Below are positions 50,135 through 58,902 of a DNA stretch of 64,000 nucleotides, piece after piece; position 1 is the first letter of the stretch; the number at the start of each line of letters is the position of its first letter. The position numbers were made by a program, and so were the translations under genes. The notes beneath the pieces are model-generated. The model made no database searches. It was not told the DNA's origin and worked only from the letters and a program-made list of their open reading frames with translations. This stretch comes from Zancudomyces culisetae HAW-14-8 (lineage: Eukaryota > Fungi > Kickxellomycota): assembly GCA_052426225.1 (NCBI GenBank), contig JBNJNM010000008.1, forward strand, positions 496,001-560,000, given 5' to 3'.

Positions 50135-52990
50135 TCATACAAGAACTTGATAAATAGGACAATAGATATTAAAATTGTAAGCAGTACGGTTCAGCATTTT
50201 TTTAAATTCTTTGAGTTGAGTAGCTAGATGTTTAAATGTTTGTTGTTCGGTTTTTGTAGTCATATCACTGTCCCAATCTGCACCAGCATTGGAATTAGCA
50301 CCATCAGCATTTCTCAACGTCGATTTCAATACTTCGGTTGTGTACTGCTTTAGCCTACTTTCTAGAACTTGATATAATCTCAATGTCCCAGATTGGTCCT
50401 GTTTTTCACTCGATGTTGGTTTCGATTCGCTGTTTGACGAACAGGTATTCTCGTTGGTATCATAAGATGTTGATAGATGAACGCGCTGTTCGGGATAATC
50501 AATCTCCATCAATACTTTTTGATCTATTTGGTAATCATGATTAGACGTATGATCAGACCCACGAACATCAAATGGCAAAAACTCAACACCTTTGTTGTTT
50601 ACGAACACGTCAAAGATCTGGCCTGCTAGTCGTTGCTGCTGTTGGTCCTGTGGTTGTCTTTGGCCATTACCTGGGTAAACTAGCAAATACATCACGACTT
50701 GTGTCTGGACGATGGCCCTCTTGTAATTATATAGCCGAACCACATTCTCTATATCAAATTCAAACGTTTCTATCTGCCGCACTGTTTCAACAAAACAGTC
50801 TGATTTCGTGCGTGGATATCCCAAACCATACCCCACACCTTTGTCCCCAAGACTGTGCTCAAAATTAAACAAGAGATCCACTATCCCTGAATTGTAAATT
50901 TCGTGTATATGGTTAGTTGTATCACCTTCTCTACTCTTCGCCTTTCCACTACTATCCATGTCTGTTTCTTGTCTATTTTTGTTACTTTTGTTGATCCACT
51001 CACTGGTGTTGCTAAATTTTTCTTTAAGCATCTCTGTATTACTTCCCCCAAGGCAATTAAAATCTATCTTGAATTTTCTGGCCAGGTATTTTCGATGTAA
51101 TTCGATGGCAATTGAGTGTCTATTCGCTACCTGTTGCAAATTTGAGTTTCCGGCTCTTGAACCACCAACTCCATCAAGATTCTGTAGCATGGGCTTCAAT
51201 ACTTTGTCGATGTGGTAATTAGCCAAGTCAACTCGCATCTCTTGTAGTACACGTAGTATTTCTTGAACCAACGAAACAAGTGCATCTACTTCTATTGACA
51301 CTCTTCTTTCGTACTCCTCTTCGTTTTTTACATCGGCACCTAAACGACTGAATAAGTCATTGCCACCTTGTACGTGGTTCTTTAGTACCTTTTCTCGAAG
51401 CTCTGCTATTTCTTTGTCCCGTATTGGTGCACAACTCTTGGCCATTTGCTCCAAAACATACCCTATAATCTCCAAAACACTGATCGACCCATATTTCAAC
51501 TGTCGCTGTAACTCGTCTAAATTCATCCGCTCGTTTACTTCCTCCTTCTCTCCAACTATATCTATCAGTAACTTTTTCATATCCTTAACCAGCTGTATTG
51601 TTGCTCTATTACCCACACCATCACCACCACCCTTGCTCATGTCCCCCACTAACTCTGTTTGTCCCCCAGATTCACCACCGTCATTTGCGTGGGTATTTTT
51701 TCTTGCCTTCAAAAGTTCTTCCTTAATTTCATTTTTTAGCTGGTCAAAATACGCTCGTTCTGCTATGTCTCTAATCACTTTGACTATATTCCCATCCACA
51801 CCCTCCTGATTTACACCACTAGACGGCTTTTTGGTACTTTGATCAACATTTTCTTCCAAGATACCACCGTTATTATCTGTCATAATGTTATATAGTATTT
51901 TAATTTTAGAATATTCATTTTGGAGTTTCTGCATCTCGTCCAGATCTGATTCAATATTTTCTTTCTCTTTCTTTTCTTTATTTTCGTTTATATACTCTTC
52001 CCCTTTTTCCCGTTCTTCCTGGTATTCTTGTTCGTTTTTATTTACAGTAAGTTGATGTTGAATCGACTTCTCTTCCAAATCTAACACAAACTTGGATCCT
52101 TGACCACTGATTTGTTTAGCCTTTTCCAGCAACTGCTCTTGTTGCACAACCAACATCTCCTGCCAGGCCATCACCTCCTTTTCCACTGCACTCTTTTTTC
52201 TAATACTGGCAAATAGGTTTCCCAATTCTTCATACTGCCTCTTTATGGACTGTCTCATGCTGGTTGCATCATATTGTTTCCACATATTAAAGAGCTCTCC
52301 GAAGGTTGTATGTGATTCTATAAATTTTTTAATTTGATCAGTCGAGATTTCTGAATCCTCAGAGCTGCAGTTATCACTGGAAGTGCCATCCAGTCCAGAT
52401 ACCAGTGCGTTTTTAAGCTCTTCTACTGCCGCCACCAAACTATTCGCACTGGATAATACCCGTCGCTCCACCATTTCTTTATTTTCAACTGCACCTTTAT
52501 TCAACGTTGTATCCTCTTCCATTTCAGATGTAGTTGTCACCGTGGTTGTATGTGTAGGTCTTGTCAAAGTCAATATTTGTTCAGGCAATGCTGCCACCAA
52601 ATATCCCATCAGAAACGTCTTTGCGTATTGTTTTTTTATTGCTTTCAGGTTTGCTCCTGTACTAGTACTCGTACTCGTACCCGTACCCGTGCCAATACCA
52701 ACATCAACACCTGTTTTAGCTTGCTTGTTTTCCTGCTCACCAACAACCAGGCACTCTTCCAAAAGCACCTGTTTACCAAAATAAATCATGTTTCCTGTCA
52801 GTTCCAGTAAATCCTGCCGCATCATCGTCCTACTCACATTTTCAAACCCCAACTCCCTTAATTTCTCCACAGTATACTCTTGCGCTTTCCATTCTAATAC
52901 TGTTTTAATAAAATTCTTCTTTGATACCTCTAGCTTTTCTGTGCTGCCTTCGTTTTTGCTGGATTTCATTTCTTTTCCTCTGTTCTCCAT
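50135..52990 (-). CDS. T-complex protein 11 / Sok1 family protein, 951 aa
   Basis: FLMGYLVAALPEQIL, ERAYFDQL, MAKSCAPIRDKEI, EMRVDLANYHI, ETFEFD and C-terminal YNFNIYCPIY motifs. Confidence 0.88.
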   Translation of the reverse strand: MENRGKEMKSSKNEGSTEKLEVSKKNFIKTVLEWKAQEYTVEKLRELGFENVSRTMMRQDLLELTGNMIYFGKQVLLEECLVVGEQENKQAKTGVDVGIGTGTGTSTSTSTGANLKAIKKQYAKTFLMGYLVAALPEQILTLTRPTHTTTVTTTSEMEEDTTLNKGAVENKEMVERRVLSSANSLVAAVEELKNALVSGLDGTSSDNCSSEDSEISTDQIKKFIESHTTFGELFNMWKQYDATSMRQSIKRQYEELGNLFASIRKKSAVEKEVMAWQEMLVVQQEQLLEKAKQISGQGSKFVLDLEEKSIQHQLTVNKNEQEYQEEREKGEEYINENKEKKEKENIESDLDEMQKLQNEYSKIKILYNIMTDNNGGILEENVDQSTKKPSSGVNQEGVDGNIVKVIRDIAERAYFDQLKNEIKEELLKARKNTHANDGGESGGQTELVGDMSKGGGDGVGNRATIQLVKDMKKLLIDIVGEKEEVNERMNLDELQRQLKYGSISVLEIIGYVLEQMAKSCAPIRDKEIAELREKVLKNHVQGGNDLFSRLGADVKNEEEYERRVSIEVDALVSLVQEILRVLQEMRVDLANYHIDKVLKPMLQNLDGVGGSRAGNSNLQQVANRHSIAIELHRKYLARKFKIDFNCLGGSNTEMLKEKFSNTSEWINKSNKNRQETDMDSSGKAKSREGDTTNHIHEIYNSGIVDLLFNFEHSLGDKGVGYGLGYPRTKSDCFVETVRQIETFEFDIENVVRLYNYKRAIVQTQVVMYLLVYPGNGQRQPQDQQQQRLAGQIFDVFVNNKGVEFLPFDVRGSDHTSNHDYQIDQKVLMEIDYPEQRVHLSTSYDTNENTCSSNSESKPTSSEKQDQSGTLRLYQVLESRLKQYTTEVLKSTLRNADGANSNAGADWDSDMTTKTEQQTFKHLATQLKEFKKMLNRTAYNFNIYCPIYQVLV

Positions 52991-53810
52991 GTTTTAGTTC
53001 AATTATTATTTCCTCCTGTTTTTCTTCGTATAATGTACATATTTATTCAGACTTGTGCTACTGTCTTTATTTTCTTGCAGAATTCCTCAAATGGTAGACA
53101 AAGTCTACTAGTAATTTCACTATATTCAGCCTTTGTTTACTTTGTCTATTCGGATATTCTTCCAACAAGTTTTTTTTTTATTTCTCTTCCAAAATGGCAA
53201 TTTTAATCAAACAGGTCTGTACAACTTGCATTAGTTCTTTGAGGTTCCACAAAGTTTATAACGAATCCGCTTCCACACCATTTCCTGTAAAATCAAAGGG
53301 AAAAAAACACAAAATAAAGTCACGTGTAATTTTTTTAAATTGGCAGTCAAGATTTTCTTTTATGTTTTCAGCCAATTATAGGATGGGGTAAATGTGTAAA
53401 GCTAGTGTGTTTGATGCATAAAGTAAATAAAAAAGCGTTAGTTAATCACCACGTTCTCAAACCAAGTACACCCCGATGTGCATTCACCCTTCTTGGTTGA
53501 GCAAAAACAGCTTCTACAGATCATAATAGTATTAATACTGACGATCCTATTTTCTGGAAACTATTGATATTTCTATTAAACTCAATCAACAATTAATGAT
53601 TGCACAAATGCCATCAATTGCTGTCTGCTTTTCATATTTTTTGGGTTTAGCCAAGTAAAGTTTCACTATCCACAACCATATATAACAAATTAGATATACC
53701 CAAACGATTGATGTTGTGTTGCTCATATTTTTTTATAAATATAATACACCTTGAGCTAATAAATTTCAACCAATAAACTCTAATATTTTGGTGCTAGTGG
53801 TACTTGCATT

Positions 53811-54535
53811 ATGAACTGGTGTGGTGGAATAAGGTAAGATGCAAGTCTTATGCTTCAATTCGCTATTACTGTGGGTATTTAACTTTGACTAACAAATTTG
53901 TGACTATACTGCTGATATCTATCAGAAAAAGATTGAAATGCAGAAAAAAGGACCCGGCAAAAATATATTTCGATATAAAAAGACAAAACCTACAGAAATC
54001 CGTGCAGTCAAAGCCTTACCAGAACCCCCATGACACCGGCACTTCGTATCTTAAAGGTCAGCTCCCCCAGTCGCCAAGTAACCAGTCGACACATAATAAT
54101 TAATTAATTAATTAAAACCCTTTCTAATTGAATTCGAAAATAGCCCAGGAAAGCCAGAATATTCAAGATAAAGCAAGTAGTTGGCTAGACAGAATCCTTG
54201 ATACACAAAAAGGAATGACCGAGGCTGTTGATAAAAATATGGAGATGATAGATGTTAGAGAAGAACCCGCAAAAACCGCCCAAACCATCTGTTATGAGAA
54301 TGATATTAATATTAAGCACCAAAGGGAATTAATAAAAAAACAAGTCGAAAAACAAGTAAAACAAATAATCGATAACGAAAACACAATCAGAAACCAAATA
54401 CTACAAATGTATTATTTAGACAAAGGTAAGATGGCTTTGCCGCCTTTAGTAATTACAGAAGGCTTAGTAAGCTTATTAAACATTGAGGGTGTGTTCCATT
54501 CCTTGCCAATAGGAATCGACATGGCGTTTTCGTAA
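53811..54535 (+). CDS. Putative REDIC1(C12orf40)/HEIP1-like protein, 188 aa; exons 53811-53833, 53926-54077, 54144-54535
   Basis: Spliced translation MNWCGGIRKRLKCRKKDPAKIYFDIKRQ...; GTAAGA..GACTAAC..CAG and GTAACC..CTAAT..ATAG introns in phase; N-terminus resembles the MNWxGG motif. Confidence 0.6.
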
Positions 54536-57060
54536 CGCGAAGAATTCGTGTAAGGGAAAGGAAGCTTCTTGGTTATGTATTTGGACGATTTTTTGATCGC
54601 CTTTTGATTGATAATTACGTTATTTAGTAAATAATCCTTTCGTGTCTTTGGATCAACACCCTCTACATGCTTCAGAATAACCTTCTTTGTTGGTTTGTTT
54701 GACCAACCACCCCAACCAGGAAGCGTGACATCAATCGTTTTCGACGCATCTTCTTCAATCACAGCTTGCTTCTCCATCATAAACTCCTGCTGCTCTTTCT
54801 CACCCAAATCTGTCTGCACGGCAAACGCACGCTCAATCAACTCCTGCTGTCTCTTCTCCTCGTCGTCAATTTCCTCGACATCGCTGTAGTTCTGCTGTGT
54901 GGTTGTAAGTTCAGGTGTAGCCTGGATTATAGAATTTTTTGTTTGTTTCACCTTCTTTGATTTGGCACCACTTGTCCATGGATTGACTGCGTCTTCATTC
55001 ATGTCAGTTTCGAGTTCTATCTCGATCTTTCCCTTTGATTTTTTGTTGCCCTTCCTGTTATCCTTTGCAACAACGCCACTCTCATCATCTTTGTTTTCAG
55101 TATCAGCTGAGTTTTTGTCAGAAGTTTCAACTCCAAACTTTTTCCTACCAACAATCTTTGTAGCGTTTTGTTGCTTATCCCCATCGTTAGCTTCGCCGTT
55201 TTCATAGTCATCTCGTTTAGGATCGGCTTGACCCTCTTTGTTTTGCATAAATTTCATACTAAACAGCTTTGACTTTTTGGAATTATCCTCATTGTCACTT
55301 CCCCTCTCTCCATCAACATCCATCTGGTTGTCGTATCCATCACTATCATCGCTGCTGGCGTTCTCTTCATCATCGCGCTGTTCTCCCCTTTTGCTAAAGT
55401 TAACCAGTTCGTTATGCTTTTCCAAGTTATGCTGCAGCGATTGAGTTACTCCTTCAATATGTTTTCCAAACTGCTTCATCTTTGTTGCCCATTTCCCGTG
55501 GTTCTTGTGTCTCATTGTCATTCTTTCCAATGCTCTCTGTCTCTCTATTTTTTCTGTCGCATCATTTTCGTCACCATCACTATTTCCATCGTTATCATCT
55601 TGTTCCTCCATCTCTTTTAGTTTTTGTTTTTTCAATATCTTTCTAAACTTTTTAGATTTGATCTTAGCTACTCTTTTTGCTTTTTGCTCTTGTCTAAACA
55701 GCAACTCTCTATTTCTTCTTAGCTCCCGAATCTTTTCTAAAGCTTTACCACTCGTATTTTTATCCTCATCCTCATCTCCATCCTCACTCTCACTTCCATA
55801 CTCATTAGCGCTCTTTTTAGCCATTGCTTGCTCTTCTTGCTCGATTCGTAAAATCTGTGCCTTCTCCTCATACTTGAGCAGATTTCTTTCGTTGATTTTG
55901 TTGTCTACCAACATTCTTTGTATCTCTGCTTCAAATCCTGACGCTGATCCTATAACAAATCCCTCACTTAGATTCGCTCCTTCTTTTCCAGCTTCGCTAG
56001 ATCTACCACCTTTCTTAGCCTTCTTTTTCTTGCTTCCTGACTGCTCCAAGGGATATTCAACAGTATCCATGGCGTTGTTTCTATCTACCATTGGCTGCCA
56101 CAAACCTACGCTTTGCTTGGTTAGCTTATATGCTGCATCTCTTTCATATTTCTGCTTAATCTGTATGGGTTTTGGCTCTTCTAGCACCATATTCTTCTTG
56201 CTTTCACCTTCATCTTTTTTCTTCCCCAGTGGTATGGCCTTTCCAAGACTTGCCTTGATCATTTCTATACTCTTTATAGATTTAAGATTGTCTTTTCGGC
56301 TTTCACCCTCATCCCCTTCGTCATCCTCGCTATTTTCACCTTGCTTAAGTTGGGCCTTCTTCTCTTCATCCCGAGTCTTTAGGTTTGCTAATATATCTGA
56401 AAATGATATCCGGCTTTCTTGCGCTATTCTTTGACTGTATTCTATGTCTATATCATCACCCACCCGTTTTATCCTGTTTGTCTTTTCTTTCTCCTTGGCA
56501 CCGAGTATTTCGACTGTCTTTTTGCCAAGCTCTGAAATATCCTCCTCATTACCCTCCTCTTCCTCCTCTTCGCTATTATCTTGAGCTTCCGCATCGGACC
56601 CTGCAACATTTTTGAATATCTCTGATATTTCATCATCAACTTTTACTGCGTTTTTGCTTTTTCCTTTTCCATCAAGCCCTCCTCGTGGCTTTTCTGTGAG
56701 CATTTCTGATAGAAATACGACTCCCTCCTCCTCTTCTCCAAATTCGTCGTCTTCCTCTTCGTCTTCCTCACTTTCTTCTTTGTCTTCTTGTCTGTTGAGG
56801 GTATTTCTCTTGTTATTTTTACCTCCTTTCCCAAACTTAAAGTCTTCAAATCTCTCCTCGTCACTTGAATTAAATGCTTCATCAGAATCTATTTCCTCTT
56901 CCTCTATTTCCTGGCGATCAGGCTCTGATTCCTCTGTATCGTCGTCTTCATCTCTATGTTTTCGCTTTTGGGGTTTGCTTTTCCAGCTTCCGCTGCTGCT
57001 GCCTCCTCTGCTGCTGCTTCCTCCTCCTCTATTTTGTTTTACAAATCCCTTTCTATACAT
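54412..57060 (-). CDS. UTP14: U3 snoRNA-associated protein 14 (SSU processome)
   Basis: EIDSDEAF, ERDAAY, KAKRVAKIKSKKFRK, RALERMTMRHKNHGKWA, TLPGWGGW, LPFPY, PIGKEWN. Confidence 0.97.
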   Translation of the reverse strand: MYRKGFVKQNRGGGSSSRGGSSSGSWKSKPQKRKHRDEDDDTEESEPDRQEIEEEEIDSDEAFNSSDEERFEDFKFGKGGKNNKRNTLNRQEDKEESEEDEEEDDEFGEEEEGVVFLSEMLTEKPRGGLDGKGKSKNAVKVDDEISEIFKNVAGSDAEAQDNSEEEEEEGNEEDISELGKKTVEILGAKEKEKTNRIKRVGDDIDIEYSQRIAQESRISFSDILANLKTRDEEKKAQLKQGENSEDDEGDEGESRKDNLKSIKSIEMIKASLGKAIPLGKKKDEGESKKNMVLEEPKPIQIKQKYERDAAYKLTKQSVGLWQPMVDRNNAMDTVEYPLEQSGSKKKKAKKGGRSSEAGKEGANLSEGFVIGSASGFEAEIQRMLVDNKINERNLLKYEEKAQILRIEQEEQAMAKKSANEYGSESEDGDEDEDKNTSGKALEKIRELRRNRELLFRQEQKAKRVAKIKSKKFRKILKKQKLKEMEEQDDNDGNSDGDENDATEKIERQRALERMTMRHKNHGKWATKMKQFGKHIEGVTQSLQHNLEKHNELVNFSKRGEQRDDEENASSDDSDGYDNQMDVDGERGSDNEDNSKKSKLFSMKFMQNKEGQADPKRDDYENGEANDGDKQQNATKIVGRKKFGVETSDKNSADTENKDDESGVVAKDNRKGNKKSKGKIEIELETDMNEDAVNPWTSGAKSKKVKQTKNSIIQATPELTTTQQNYSDVEEIDDEEKRQQELIERAFAVQTDLGEKEQQEFMMEKQAVIEEDASKTIDVTLPGWGGWSNKPTKKVILKHVEGVDPKTRKDYLLNNVIINQKAIKKSSKYITKKLPFPYTNSSRYENAMSIPIGKEWNTPSMFNKLTKPSVITKGGKAILPLSK

Positions 57061-57275
57061 TATTGACTAGTTGCTTCCCTAATACTTTCGCTTTGTCCCT
57101 CTTTTGCGCCTACTTTTTTATAAAATTTTTTTGTTATATTTCCACTCCATTATGAAAAAAAAAAAAACTTTTTGATTTCGTTTTCAATTGGATTCCAGCA
57201 TCACTCAAAAAAAAATTTTTTTTTCCACTCGAAATAAAGATTAATTCGCCCACTCACGCACGCAGCCAAAAAGTG

Positions 57276-57310
57276 TGGTCCAAAAGATGGTCCAAAAGAT
57301 GGTTCTAAAG
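57276..57310. repeat. 12-bp tandem repeat (TGGTCCAAAAGA x2 plus a degenerate copy) upstream of UTP14
   Basis: Read directly from the sequence. Confidence 0.8.
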
Positions 57311-57594
57311 CAGAATTACACAGCCTGGCAACAAATGCCTTTCCATCCATCAGGTATAATACTAATAACCCGTTATCAACAACCTCCCCCCCTCCCTCAA
57401 ACAAGCTCACCAGCTCATCTCTAGGTATCAATGCATTTTAGTCAAAGAGAAATAGACAAAGTTATATATAATTGAGTTTTATTACTTGCACTTTAAACAA
57501 AGTAACACTAAATAGATTGAAAAAAAGATAATATACATATACACATTTTTTTGATCCAGAGTGTAATATGCTTCCCCCTGGATGCAAAAGTGTC

Positions 57595-58902
57595 CTAAAT
57601 GAACACTTTTTTGGTTTTGATAACATTCCGCTTTACGTGGCTTCTCTGCAGTATAAATGCTGTACCAGAGAGAACGAATGATATCGAGCTGAGCACCTGA
57701 AGTTGTCCAAAAGTTTCTCGATGGCCAAACTTGTCAAATACCCATCCGTATACTGGCGAAGCAACCAAAAGCCCTAAACCTGACGCAGTCATTTGTAGGC
57801 CGTTTATTTCGGATACTCTTGATACTGGATAGTATTTGGCATACATGAGCGGTCCCATGACAAACCATGTAGCACAAAAGAGGCCGTAGACACCATAGAA
57901 AATAAAATATACTGTGTATGAGGTTGTAGCATACCACATCGACATTATAAATACCGCTGAAATGAGTTGTGCGAATATCAAAACTGTAAATATTCCAATT
58001 TTTTGAGCCAGTCTGGTAAGCACGAGTCTTCCTATAAATGTACAAGCGCAGAATACCAAGATCACATTTTGCGCCAATGTTTCTTGTGTCATGCTCTTAG
58101 GGGATACATTGTAAATAGCTACTGGAAAATAAAACATCGGCACAAGATATCCAAGCTCCATAAAAAACGATCCAACGCATGAATATATCACAAATGGGTC
58201 CTTCAGAGTGTTCAATCTGAATACTGTCCTAGGGATCTTTACTTCTACTCGTGGTTTAAACGTAAAACAGGCCAATCCCATACACAAACCAGTTAGAAGC
58301 GCCAGTGCCCTAAATGTCCAATGTATTCCGAAGCGTTGCAGACACACGGACGCAAGCGGTGTGTACACTAGAGCCCCTAGAGCACCCGTACTCGTAACAA
58401 TGCCAAGTGCTATATGCCTTTTTTTCTCAAACCACATTGATGTAGTCAAAATAGAACCGCCCAGCATTAACGAGTTTCCAAAACCGAATAGTACGCCTTG
58501 AGATAGTGTAAGTTGCCATATTTGATTGCTGAAGCTTGCCAGAACCAATCCTAAAACACAACACACCGCACCCACCCTAGTAACAAGTTTCAGTCCAAAT
58601 ACACTCACCAGTGGTCCATATATTGCACCCAACCCCAGAGCTAGCGTGGTGGTTAGGGTGCCTATCCATGAGATTGATTGTGCACTAGTTGTAGGAAACA
58701 TTATGTTTAAGTAATATGCTTGGAACAGCCCAAAAGCGTTGAAACTGCCGAATACTGTGAAGATCGCAAGCGCACCCGCAGTAAATATAACCCAGGCATA
58801 GCCTACGTCTGGCGGCGGAACATTCGCATTCTGTTGTGTTTCTTTTTCGATATTTATGGAAACAACGCTCCCAGTCTCAACCCGTTGCTCGGTTTGATCC
58901 AT
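57595..58902 (-). CDS. MFS monocarboxylate-porter family transporter (Mch-like)
   Basis: PPPDVGYAWV, FGLFQAYY, ISWIGT, QGVLFGFG, WFEKKRHIALG; about 12 hydrophobic segments. Confidence 0.93.
   Translation of the reverse strand: MDQTEQRVETGSVVSINIEKETQQNANVPPPDVGYAWVIFTAGALAIFTVFGSFNAFGLFQAYYLNIMFPTTSAQSISWIGTLTTTLALGLGAIYGPLVSVFGLKLVTRVGAVCCVLGLVLASFSNQIWQLTLSQGVLFGFGNSLMLGGSILTTSMWFEKKRHIALGIVTSTGALGALVYTPLASVCLQRFGIHWTFRALALLTGLCMGLACFTFKPRVEVKIPRTVFRLNTLKDPFVIYSCVGSFFMELGYLVPMFYFPVAIYNVSPKSMTQETLAQNVILVFCACTFIGRLVLTRLAQKIGIFTVLIFAQLISAVFIMSMWYATTSYTVYFIFYGVYGLFCATWFVMGPLMYAKYYPVSRVSEINGLQMTASGLGLLVASPVYGWVFDKFGHRETFGQLQVLSSISFVLSGTAFILQRSHVKRNVIKTKKVFI

Noticed and set aside
55505-56434. 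309-aa antisense ORF inside UTP14, and similar antisense ORFs in UGGT, the RhoGAP and TCP11
   Set aside because: S/L/F-rich mirror of E/K/D-rich sense codons; a typical artefact
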